Assembly: GCA_043753995.1 (NCBI GenBank) | Contig: JAYUVP010000249.1 | Location: 32,001 to 96,000 of the forward strand | Origin: Fibrobacterota bacterium | GTDB lineage: Bacteria; Fibrobacterota; Fibrobacteria; UBA11236 | Direction of reading: 5' to 3' | DNA length: 64,000 bases | Shown here: positions 10,711 through 19,441 of the stretch, in pieces | How positions within the stretch are numbered: position 1 is the first letter of the stretch | Layout of the letters: the number at the start of each line of letters is the position of its first letter | The notes under the pieces: generated by a model | Told to the model about the DNA's origin: nothing | Database searches by the model: none | What the model saw: only the letters and a program-made list of their open reading frames with translations | Translations under genes and position numbers: made by a program

Positions 10711-11010
10711 AATACCCTCAAATACGGGAGGTTAAAACTAGCTCTTCTTGGGGTTGAGACCCTTCTTTTTGAGGGAAAACCCTCATAGTGGAGGGGGCGA
10801 GACCGCGTATGGCCAAGGCGGCCCCGCCCCTCGCTGCGGCCTGGATTTCCCTGCTGGGCATGTCGGCCTCCGCGACCCCACCCATTGGAATATTGAAGTC
10901 AGAAGGGATAACCTAATGGCTCCGGTATCCTCGTCCCATCGGTTACCCAAGCCTATCGACCCAAGTCTAAACCTAGCGCCTGCGCGATAGGCAGGAGTTA
11001 AAGGCTGAAA

Positions 11011-13035
11011 ATGAAGCAGACCACGAATCGCCAGCCGAGCTCGTCGCCATCCCAAGGCGTTTTCCTTCAGCGTGAATGCGAGTCTTGCGGCAAGAAAAAA
11101 AAGCTGCAGCGCAAGGCCAGTTCATCGAGCCACTCCGAAGAGATTTCCCCTTTCGCCCGTGTCAATCAAGTCCTGGCTACCTCGGGGTCACCGCTCGACC
11201 CGGGGACGCGCGGTTTCCTGGAAACGGGGTTCGGGGATGCTCGCCCCCGTGTGGCGCCGGGCTTTGGCATGCAGGGCAAGCTCGCCATTTCTCCCACCAC
11301 CGATCCGGCGGAGACCGAAGCCGACAATTTCAGCGAGCGGGTCCTTTCGCGCCAGGGAGGCCGTCCGCATTCCGCCAAGGCACCCAACTTCGCTTCGATT
11401 CGCATTCATGACGACAGCGCCGCGCATGCTTCGGCGGCCGCCGTGGGCGCCCGCGCTTATACGGTGGGCCATCACATCGTCTTCGGGGCGGGGCAATTCA
11501 ATCGCCATTCGCATCAGGGCCGAGGCCTCCTTGCTCACGAAGCCACCCATGTTCTGCAACAATCGGTCGCCGCGCCGGTCCTGCAGCGGGACGCCTGTTC
11601 CACCCTTCGAGGTGAAATCGAGGCGCATCCCGTTTACAAAGGCGTGCAAGCCACGGGAGGAGACACCGCCACCGAAGCCAAGGACGTGCTGGACTTGTCG
11701 CAGGGCGGTAAATCTTGCGTGTCTGAACTCACGAAATACAAATTGCTCTACGATACCAAGGATTTGGCCAGCGGAGCGTCTTCCAGCGCTTCGACCGAAG
11801 CGGAGCGTATTCAGGCTATCAAAGATTCGCGCATCGCGGGAATCATCGCCAAGTCCAAGGAAAATACACGTCTATCCGCGGGGGAGGGCATGGGACGTAA
11901 GGGGGAAGAAGAGGCTGCGACGAGCGTGGCCGCTGGCTGGCGAACCGTCAAAAACAATGACAAACCCGTGGCCAAGGAATTTCAAATCAATACCGCCGAC
12001 TTCAAAAACATTATGGTGAAAGCGAAGGTAAAGCTCTCACCCGCCAATGCCGCGGGGGATGTCGGTTCCCTTCCCGCCGATGCAAGTGATGTCGGCCGTA
12101 TCGAAGGCCTGGAAGATGCGATTGAGAAAGTCGCCTCCACTCTGGGCTATTCGCTGAACCTGGAATTCGTGAAGGCCTCCGGCCCTGATGTCATGGAGGC
12201 CAATGTCGATTTGGGCGAGTGGATCAATTCCGGCAATTGGGTCGGCAAAGATTCCAAAGAGGATGTTGCGGCCGGTCTCGCTCATGAATTGCATCATCGC
12301 TTGGGCTTACGCGATCGCTACGACTACATGAGCCATGCGAGCAATGAAACCATGAGCATACCCGATCGCATTCATTGGTTTCATGTGCAAATGCTCAAAG
12401 GCGGCCTCGATCCCCTGGACAAGGTCTCGCTGATGGGAAGCGGGTCCGTGCTTCATCCCGATGACATTTGTCGCGTAGCGAACGGGCTGATGGGCGACCT
12501 GCCCAAGGATGATGAAGCCAAGTTAGCGGCGGATCCCGCCTTGAAGGCTCAATTCGAAAAATGCCTCAAGGAAAGAAGCGGGCTGACCGCCGAAAAAGCC
12601 AAGCCCGCTCAGGATGCGGCCGCCGCCGCCGTCACCACGGCTTGGACCCATGTCTTCTTGGCCCCATTGGCCATGGCTGATTTTGCGCCTTTAGCCTTGA
12701 ATTTGACGGGTGAAACCGTGACCCATTCTGACATCCGTACCCGCCTCACTAAAATTGCCGACAAGACACGGGCGGCGGTGCAAGTGATTTCCAATCGCGA
12801 TAAATCTTGCGATAACGAGGACGGTCGCACGGGTTCGGGAGCTTTCCCTATCATGCTGTGCCCGGCTTTTTTCAATAAGTCCTTGCCCGAACAAACCGAT
12901 GTGATACTACGGCATGCATCCGCCCTGACCTTGGGCACGCCCTTGAAACGCTCCGATATTTGCGCCAAATACGACTGCAAGACGCAATGCGGCAAACCCG
13001 CCGATCGCTGGGTGCATTTCATCAAATGCGCTTAA
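11011..13035 (+). CDS. DUF4157 (eCIS core domain) protein with a metzincin-like peptidase domain and a Cys-rich C-terminus
   Basis: LQRECESC..LQRK, GSPLD, IRIHDD..A...ARAYTVG.HIVFG and LLAHEATHVLQQ. Second motif HELHHRLGLRD...SLMG. Confidence 0.85.
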   Translation: MKQTTNRQPSSSPSQGVFLQRECESCGKKKKLQRKASSSSHSEEISPFARVNQVLATSGSPLDPGTRGFLETGFGDARPRVAPGFGMQGKLAISPTTDPAETEADNFSERVLSRQGGRPHSAKAPNFASIRIHDDSAAHASAAAVGARAYTVGHHIVFGAGQFNRHSHQGRGLLAHEATHVLQQSVAAPVLQRDACSTLRGEIEAHPVYKGVQATGGDTATEAKDVLDLSQGGKSCVSELTKYKLLYDTKDLASGASSSASTEAERIQAIKDSRIAGIIAKSKENTRLSAGEGMGRKGEEEAATSVAAGWRTVKNNDKPVAKEFQINTADFKNIMVKAKVKLSPANAAGDVGSLPADASDVGRIEGLEDAIEKVASTLGYSLNLEFVKASGPDVMEANVDLGEWINSGNWVGKDSKEDVAAGLAHELHHRLGLRDRYDYMSHASNETMSIPDRIHWFHVQMLKGGLDPLDKVSLMGSGSVLHPDDICRVANGLMGDLPKDDEAKLAADPALKAQFEKCLKERSGLTAEKAKPAQDAAAAAVTTAWTHVFLAPLAMADFAPLALNLTGETVTHSDIRTRLTKIADKTRAAVQVISNRDKSCDNEDGRTGSGAFPIMLCPAFFNKSLPEQTDVILRHASALTLGTPLKRSDICAKYDCKTQCGKPADRWVHFIKCA

Positions 13036-13094
13036 GCGGCCCTTGAGTCGACCAAAAGGCTCGCTCCTCCTCCTCATTCTTGAATTTCGGTAGC

Positions 13095-14075
13095 TTAACT
13101 TTGTTCTTCACATGTAATGCCGGGCGTAATGATTGTTGCGCCAAACCTCCGATGCAGCATCCAATAAGCATACCCCGGATGCCGTCGGGTCACCGCCTCC
13201 AGCCAGCGATGATAACGAGCCAGCACTCTCCCCTCCAATTCCGTCTTACGTGCCTCTATTTCCCGAGAACCGTCCGGCGTATGCAGGCAAAGCAATCTCA
13301 CCTTTCCATCGGGCTGCAAATACCCCGCATAGATCGCCAAGTCCGGCCCGAGATGCCCCATGAGCCAGCCCGGCAGGGGATCGCAAATCACCGCCTCGCC
13401 GAAAAAAGCCCCCGTCACGCCCGCGTTACCCGGCGGCCGCTGGTCCCAAAGCAAAGCCAAGCACCCCCCGGTTTGCACATGGCGCAAGGCCTCTCGCAAC
13501 CAAATCGCCGGCGCCGAGATTTTGCGGAGAGGTTCCGCGGTTTTATCTGAAAGTTGGGCCCGTGTCGACTCTGGTGTTTGGCCCGCCTCACGGGCCCCTC
13601 GGGGCCGCTTCTGTGGCCGAGCACTCCAGATCACCGGATTGCCGATGAGCTCCCGAAGCCTTACCAGCCACCTCTGCGCCCAAGCCCGACTCATCGGCCG
13701 CGCCACTGCGCGCAGGGGCACGCCTTCCGCCGCCAAAAAGGCCGCGAAAGCCTCAAAGTGATGCACATGGGCCGTGAGGAAAAGGCATTTACCCCGGCGC
13801 ATGTCCGCCAAATGACCGGCGCTTCGCTTCGCCACCACCATCTGCTTTGGATAGCTAGCGCTGAACAAGCCGAGCAAATCGCGCAGGGCATGATAGAGCA
13901 ATAGCCAACGTAAACCACCGAACCCCACCCGAACCAGACCCGCCCGGCGAGCATTTTCGGCCACCACACGACGGCGCCAGGGGCTCATCCAGAGCAAACA
14001 GGCCAGCAAAAAGGCCCAAAACGCCAAATTGGGGCGGGGGCCCGGCCGCAAGGAAGTCGAAGACTTGGCCTGCAT
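13095..14075 (-). CDS. Lysophospholipid/lipid A acyltransferase (LpxL/HtrB-like), divergent
   Basis: FLTAHxxxFE, LLWDQ, FFG and C-terminal [11 protein letters not shown]. Start uncertain (14075 or 14108). Confidence 0.7.
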   Translation of the reverse strand: MQAKSSTSLRPGPRPNLAFWAFLLACLLWMSPWRRRVVAENARRAGLVRVGFGGLRWLLLYHALRDLLGLFSASYPKQMVVAKRSAGHLADMRRGKCLFLTAHVHHFEAFAAFLAAEGVPLRAVARPMSRAWAQRWLVRLRELIGNPVIWSARPQKRPRGAREAGQTPESTRAQLSDKTAEPLRKISAPAIWLREALRHVQTGGCLALLWDQRPPGNAGVTGAFFGEAVICDPLPGWLMGHLGPDLAIYAGYLQPDGKVRLLCLHTPDGSREIEARKTELEGRVLARYHRWLEAVTRRHPGYAYWMLHRRFGATIITPGITCEEQS

Positions 14076-14079
14076 GCCC

Positions 14080-14109
14080 TTGAATTTAAAGGGGTTGGGG
14101 AAGTACATT
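14080..14109 (+). promoter_or_regulatory. Candidate sigma70 promoter for the rpmH operon
   Basis: TTGAAT-N18-TACATT, about 35 nt upstream of the rpmH ATG. Confidence 0.35.
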
Positions 14110-14142
14110 GAATCCCCCTTATATCTAGCTCGGGAAGACTTT

Positions 14143-14304
14143 ATGAAGCGTACCTTCCAGCCCAGGAATCGCAAGCGCGTGAACAAACACGGTTTTCGCG
14201 CCCGCATGGCCACCAAAGACGGCCGCCAAGTCTTGAATCGCCGTCGTGCCAAGGGCCGTCATCGCCTGACGGTCAGCAGCGAAATGGCATTCAAGGATAT
14301 CTAG
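14143..14304 (+). CDS. rpmH: 50S ribosomal protein L34
   Basis: MKRTFQP...[24 protein letters not shown]. Confidence 0.98.
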   Translation: MKRTFQPRNRKRVNKHGFRARMATKDGRQVLNRRRAKGRHRLTVSSEMAFKDI

Positions 14305-14766
14305 TTGGGCTCCGGGCCATTGCCCCCCGGTAAAGCCCTGCCCAAGGTTTTTCAAAAGCCCCGACCCTCACATCGACTCACGCGGCCCTGGATGTTCAAG
14401 GCCGTGCTTGAGAAGGGGAAGTCGTTGAAATCTCCGCCTCTCAGTCTTCGGTATTTGCGTCGCTTCGACAAAGAGGGCGTTGAGGCGGTCGACATGACCC
14501 GCTTGGGTTTCATTGTGCGAAAAAAAACCGGTCACTCCCCCATGAGAAATGCTTTGCGTCGCGTCTTGCGCGAGGTCTTTCGCTCTCATGCCGAAAAAGT
14601 GACCGTTCCCACTTGGTTGGTTTTCGACATACTTCCCCAAGCAGCCAAGCTTACGCGCACGGCTTTTCGCCTCAAAGGCGAGGAATTGATGCAGCGTCTC
14701 TTAAGCCTACCTCCAGGCTTGCCTTCCGATTCGGCCTCCCAAGGTCGCATGGAGAACGCGGCGTGA
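14305..14766 (+). CDS. rnpA: Ribonuclease P protein component
   Basis: RLGFIVRKKTG..RN.LRRVLRE (RNR-like motif), in canonical position after rpmH. Start uncertain. Confidence 0.88.
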   Translation: MGSGPLPPGKALPKVFQKPRPSHRLTRPWMFKAVLEKGKSLKSPPLSLRYLRRFDKEGVEAVDMTRLGFIVRKKTGHSPMRNALRRVLREVFRSHAEKVTVPTWLVFDILPQAAKLTRTAFRLKGEELMQRLLSLPPGLPSDSASQGRMENAA

Positions 14767-15131
14767 AATTGCGTCCTCGGCATCTCTTGCGCGGCGGGGT
14801 GAAGGTCTATCAAGCCTTGCATCCCATGGTATTCAGCGGCTGCTGCCGCTTTTCGCCGTCCTGTTCGCAGTATGCCCTGCAAGCCCTGGAAACTCACGGC
14901 TCGCTCAAAGGCGCCATGTTATCGGCCGCGCGTATTTGGCGCTGCCAACCCCTGTATCCTGCAGGTTACGATCCCGTCCCCGAAGCCCATGTCGGACTGC
15001 GCGCGAGTTTGCGCGCTTGGTCTTATCTGGGTCCGGGACCGCTGGATCGCCTGCGTCACTGGTTTTTTAAACTCGCGGGCATTTCGCAAGAAAACCCGCC
15101 GCATGATTTGCAGAAAGCGAGGACGCTTTGA
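14763..15131 (+). CDS. yidD: Membrane protein insertion efficiency factor
   Basis: CRFSPSCSQYA..A...HG..KG...RI.RCQP...GYDPVP. GTG start overlaps the rnpA stop. Confidence 0.93.
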   Translation: MKLRPRHLLRGGVKVYQALHPMVFSGCCRFSPSCSQYALQALETHGSLKGAMLSAARIWRCQPLYPAGYDPVPEAHVGLRASLRAWSYLGPGPLDRLRHWFFKLAGISQENPPHDLQKARTL

Positions 15132-16966
15132 AGTTCAATCGTTGGAGCCTATTTGGCTGGATGGCCTTGATGGCCATGTTCATGTTCTGGACCCAGCTCA
15201 AAGGCAAGCAGGCCAAGGCTGCGCATGAAAAGGCCGTGGCCGATTCTTTGGCCCGCGTGGCTGCGATGCCGAAAACCCCCGTCAAGGGCGAAGCGTCCTT
15301 GGGCCCGGTTGCCGGCGATTCTATGCAGGCGACCCGCGAAGCCATCGGCGTAGCGAATGCTCCTGCCGAAAGCGGCATGGTGGCCGACAGTATTCCCCAG
15401 GTGGCACGCAAAAGCATCACGGTGAAGACTCACCGCTTCACCGCCGTGCTCGAAAATGAAGGCGCGCGCATTTCCGAATTGCGCATCGACAGTTTGCAGG
15501 GTCATGCCTTGCACAATCCGCTATTGATCGATCCTGCTCGCGGCGGTGCTCTCACCTTGAGCATCAATCAGCAAAGCCTGGCGAAAACGCTGTGGCGAAC
15601 CGATGCGGTGAAAGATGTCTATACGCTCGACCGAGATTCCTTGGTTCTCAGCTTCACAACCCGCCTCAATAGTGGCCGTGAAGTGACACGCCGCTACACC
15701 TTTTTCGCCGATAGCCCATCGGTGCATCATCGCGCCAAGGTTCCGAACGGCATTCAGAATTGGTCCATGGAATGGCCCGCCGGACTTTCTGAAAACGAAG
15801 ACATTCCCGAAGGCAAGGGCATTGGCCTGATGAGCAGCTATTTCAGCGAAGTGGTTTTCGACAATGGCAGCATGGCCAGCCGCGAAACCTTCGACGGAAA
15901 AAAGTCTTTCAATGCTGAAAGCGGCATTTTGCGCTGGGTGGGTTTACGTCGCAAATACGTAGCGGCCTTCCTCGACTTTCATAAAGAAACCGGCAATCGC
16001 GTTGACGCCGAAGGGTCTTTGCCGCAGGGACGCGAAAAGGGTTTTCCTCACGACTATCGCCTGAAAATCAGCAATGGCCAATGGGATGAAGGCGCTCTCG
16101 ATTTCGACTTCATGATTTTGCCGCTGCAATACGACAAGATCAAGGCCTATGGCCGCAATTACGAGCAAATCCTATTCACGGGTTGGGAGTCTTTCTTCCG
16201 CGCCGACATCTGGTATGTGAAGCTCTGCGGCTTGGTTTTGCATTTGCTGAATTTCTTCCACTCCATGATACCCAATTGGGGTATAGCCATTATCCTGCTC
16301 ACCTTGTTGGTGCGCTTCATCACCTTGCCGCTCACCTTGTCGCAGACGCGGCAAATGGCCCGCATGCAGGAGCACCAGCCCGAGATCAACAAGATTCGCG
16401 AGCGCAATAAAGGCGAGCCCGCCAAGGCTCAACAGGAAATGATGGCTTATTACAAGCAAGTGGGCATATCCCCGCTGGCTCCGGTACTTGGCTGCTTTCC
16501 CATGCTTTTGCAAATGCCGATTTTCATCGCCCTGTTCAATGTGCTGGGCCGCTCGGTGGAATTGAAGCAGGCTTATTTCTTCGGCTGGATACACGACTTG
16601 AGCCAGCCCGACGTGATTTTGCCCGCCCTCAAGGTGCCTTATCTGTTTCCTGTTGGTCTCACCGTGCTTCCCTTCCTGATGGCCGTGACCATGTATTTCC
16701 AGATGAAGCTCACCATCAAGGATCCGAATCAAAAGGCCATGGTTTGGCTCATGCCCATCATGATGTTCGTCTTCTCCTGCTCTTTCCCTTCGGGCTTGGT
16801 GCTGTATTGGAGCGTCTCCAATGTCTTCACTATCACGCAAACCTGGTTGCAGACCAGCAAGAAGCGCAAAGCCGAATCGGAGAAGGCCGCTGCCGCCATG
16901 GATAAGCCGGTGATCAAGACCAAGCCTATTGTCGGCACGCGTCCTAAGGACGGCAAGAAGAAGTAA
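15128..16966 (+). CDS. yidC: Membrane protein insertase YidC
   Basis: NWGIAIILLTLLVR, GCFPMLLQMPIF, WIHDLSQPD and GLVLYW. Confidence 0.97.
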   Translation: MKFNRWSLFGWMALMAMFMFWTQLKGKQAKAAHEKAVADSLARVAAMPKTPVKGEASLGPVAGDSMQATREAIGVANAPAESGMVADSIPQVARKSITVKTHRFTAVLENEGARISELRIDSLQGHALHNPLLIDPARGGALTLSINQQSLAKTLWRTDAVKDVYTLDRDSLVLSFTTRLNSGREVTRRYTFFADSPSVHHRAKVPNGIQNWSMEWPAGLSENEDIPEGKGIGLMSSYFSEVVFDNGSMASRETFDGKKSFNAESGILRWVGLRRKYVAAFLDFHKETGNRVDAEGSLPQGREKGFPHDYRLKISNGQWDEGALDFDFMILPLQYDKIKAYGRNYEQILFTGWESFFRADIWYVKLCGLVLHLLNFFHSMIPNWGIAIILLTLLVRFITLPLTLSQTRQMARMQEHQPEINKIRERNKGEPAKAQQEMMAYYKQVGISPLAPVLGCFPMLLQMPIFIALFNVLGRSVELKQAYFFGWIHDLSQPDVILPALKVPYLFPVGLTVLPFLMAVTMYFQMKLTIKDPNQKAMVWLMPIMMFVFSCSFPSGLVLYWSVSNVFTITQTWLQTSKKRKAESEKAAAAMDKPVIKTKPIVGTRPKDGKKK

Positions 16967-17029
16967 GCGCGGCCCTGGGCGCGGTCCCGGGAAGCGCAAT
17001 CCATCGCATTCGAGACGGCGGCGAAGGTC

Positions 17030-18460
17030 ATGGGGAAAGAAACCATCGCGGCCCCGGCCACTCCTCCGGGAATGTCGGGGCTGGCCATAGTCCGGCTTTC
17101 CGGACCGGATTGCCCCGCTGTTCTATTACACTGCCTGGGGCGTACTCTCGGAGTTACCGAAGCTCCGGAGTTACCCAAGGCCTCGCAGAAGCCGGTGCGC
17201 CCTCGGCATATGCATTATGGCGAGTTTCGCCATCCCGAAACCGGCGAAACGCTGGACCGGCTCACCTTCGTCTATTATCCCGCGCCTAAAAGCCCGACCG
17301 GCGAGGATGTGCTTGAGCTCTTCCCCCACGGCAATCGCCTGCTGGTCGAAAATATTCTGCATGCCTTATTGACCTTACCGGGCTTACGCTTGGCCGGCCC
17401 CGGCGAATTCACGCGCCGCGCCTGCGAGAATGGCAAGCTCGATTTGGTGCAAGCCGAAGGCCTCATGGCCTTGGTTCATGCCCAGTCGCAGGCCGCCTTG
17501 CGACATGCCGGACGCGTGCTGGACGGCGCCCTCTCGAAGCGCTTCTTGGCTTTACGGGGCAAACTGATTGACTTGCTGGTTCACCTCGAACTCGATGTCG
17601 ACTTCGCGGAAGAAGAGGCCGATCCCGACTATGCCTCTTGGCGTCCCCGCGTGCAAGACGCGCTCGCCGACATCGAAGCCTTGCTCCGCAGCCATGATCG
17701 CGGCGCCCGCCTGGAGCGCATCCCCCGCGTGGTCTTGCTGGGCGCGCCTAATGCGGGCAAAAGCAGTTTGATCAATGCCTTGCTGCGCGAGGAAAGGCTT
17801 TTGGTTTCCGACATTCCCGGTACGACGCGTGACTTCGTCGAAGTGCCTTTGCATTTGCCTTCGGGGCTAGTGCATTTGGTCGACACCGCGGGGCTGGGCG
17901 AAGCTGTCGATAGCCTGGACGCTCGCGCCCAGGGAAAAACACGCGAGCAAGCCGACAAGGCCGATTTGCGACTCTGGGTTGCCAATGGTAACGCACCGGT
18001 CGATGCGCTTGCGTGGGCGGGAGATCCGCTCCAGACACTTGCAGGGGACGTCACTCCAACCATACGGGTGCGCACGCGCCGTGATCAGCCTGGCTTTTGC
18101 TCTGAGGTCGGAGCCCTAGCCGTCGCCAATACCACCGGCGACGGTTTGCCTGAATTGATGGAAGCCCTGGAGACGATTTTGTTTGCGCCCGCCAAGGTTG
18201 TCAGATTAAAAGCTCCCGATGGGCAAGCAGGGGAAGGGGCCGACGAGGTTTTCCTCACCACGGAGCGTCAGCGAGAGGCCTTGGAAAAGGCCGCCGCGAA
18301 TTTGCGCGCGGCATTGAATCAGCTCGATGGCCAACCCGCCATTGAAATTCTCGCCTTCGAAGCGCGCGAGGCCGTGCAGGCACTGCGCGAATTGCTGGGC
18401 GAGGTGAGCGCTGACGATGTGCTCAATCGCTTGTTCTCAGGGTTTTGCATCGGGAAATAG
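17030..18460 (+). CDS. mnmE: tRNA modification GTPase MnmE/TrmE
   Basis: TIAAPATP, GEFTRRA..NGKLDL.QAE, GAPNAGKSS, GTTRD, DTAG and FCIGK. Confidence 0.96.
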   Translation: MGKETIAAPATPPGMSGLAIVRLSGPDCPAVLLHCLGRTLGVTEAPELPKASQKPVRPRHMHYGEFRHPETGETLDRLTFVYYPAPKSPTGEDVLELFPHGNRLLVENILHALLTLPGLRLAGPGEFTRRACENGKLDLVQAEGLMALVHAQSQAALRHAGRVLDGALSKRFLALRGKLIDLLVHLELDVDFAEEEADPDYASWRPRVQDALADIEALLRSHDRGARLERIPRVVLLGAPNAGKSSLINALLREERLLVSDIPGTTRDFVEVPLHLPSGLVHLVDTAGLGEAVDSLDARAQGKTREQADKADLRLWVANGNAPVDALAWAGDPLQTLAGDVTPTIRVRTRRDQPGFCSEVGALAVANTTGDGLPELMEALETILFAPAKVVRLKAPDGQAGEGADEVFLTTERQREALEKAAANLRAALNQLDGQPAIEILAFEAREAVQALRELLGEVSADDVLNRLFSGFCIGK

Positions 18461-18520
18461 TCCGATCGCAGTAGACCCAAACATATGGGCGAGGGAAAAT
18501 TCCGCGCTGGGTTCCGGGCC

Positions 18521-19441
18521 CTAATGGGTTGAAGCTGGCGTCGAAGTGCGTCCCGCTTGGGCTCGCTTCAATTGTCGCAGCATATAGTGCAAGGATTCCG
18601 AGGAATAGCCGTGCAGCAGCAATCGGAAACCTGCGCGTAAAGTGGAAAGCGGCAACATGGGGTGGCGATTGTTCACTCGCCACAAACGCGAATCGTCGTC
18701 TAGCAAAGTCGAGACATATATTCCAATTGTTTCGTCGAGTTGCAGGGAATTCGAAGCCCGCCAAAAGTCATTGTCGGAAAGTAGGAACTGGAAAATCGGA
18801 GTATAAATCTCGATGGCGGTTTCGACGTCCATGAAATTATGCCAGGAGTCGGGCAATTCTTCGAATTCGAAAGGCCCGTCGGTAATGGCTTGCAAGTTTA
18901 TCGTCGTGACGGCATGCAAAACCTTGCCTTCTTTCTGCAAGGTTTGATTCAGGCGAATGATGAAATTGAAGAGATTGATATCATGAAACAGGAAAAGGTG
19001 GTCTTTCACATCGGCCAGTCGCTTGGGCTTGAGTGGGTTGAGTGGAATATCGACCCCGCTATTGTCTCGAATGAATTCGAGAATTTCGGAACCAATGTGG
19101 AAATGCCTCATGATCAGCAAATTCGCTTCGCGGCTGGCAAAATACCGGAGTCCCAAATAAATGAGGTGATGCAAAAGCCGTGACGACTTGAAAGCAGAAG
19201 GAAAGGGTGTTTTCAGCACCATAATTAGGCAAATCAAGGTGCGCATGATGGGCCGGAGCAGGGGCAAAAGGAATTGCCGAGTCTTGGATTGCAGCCCAAA
19301 CAGCAAGGCGCCCTTCACTTCGGGATCTATGGGCGTAGAATTGTCGAGAAACAAAGCTTGGGTAGGCAGCGGATCTTCCGGATCATGCTTCAGCCCGTTG
19401 AAATAACTTTGATACCGGGTATGGCGCGTATTTTCAGTCAT
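18521..19441 (-). CDS. Conserved hypothetical protein, last gene of the lipid cluster (recalled as DUF6999-like, unverified)
   Basis: 306 aa, TAATG-coupled to the KAS III fusion. His/acidic motifs RHFHIGSE, FHD, LQLDE and LHG..SE.LH. Confidence 0.7.
   Translation of the reverse strand: MTENTRHTRYQSYFNGLKHDPEDPLPTQALFLDNSTPIDPEVKGALLFGLQSKTRQFLLPLLRPIMRTLICLIMVLKTPFPSAFKSSRLLHHLIYLGLRYFASREANLLIMRHFHIGSEILEFIRDNSGVDIPLNPLKPKRLADVKDHLFLFHDINLFNFIIRLNQTLQKEGKVLHAVTTINLQAITDGPFEFEELPDSWHNFMDVETAIEIYTPIFQFLLSDNDFWRASNSLQLDETIGIYVSTLLDDDSRLWRVNNRHPMLPLSTLRAGFRLLLHGYSSESLHYMLRQLKRAQAGRTSTPASTH

Noticed and set aside
11072..12019. 315-aa alternative-frame ORF inside the DUF4157 gene
   Set aside because: Arg/Pro/Ser-rich shadow ORF typical of GC-rich DNA; fully overlaps a well-supported gene.
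14076..14142. oriC next to rpmH
   Set aside because: The gap is short, with no TTATCCACA-like boxes, no AT-rich unwinding element and no dnaA.
16172..16999. 275-aa antisense ORF over yidC
   Set aside because: Shadow of a conserved essential gene.
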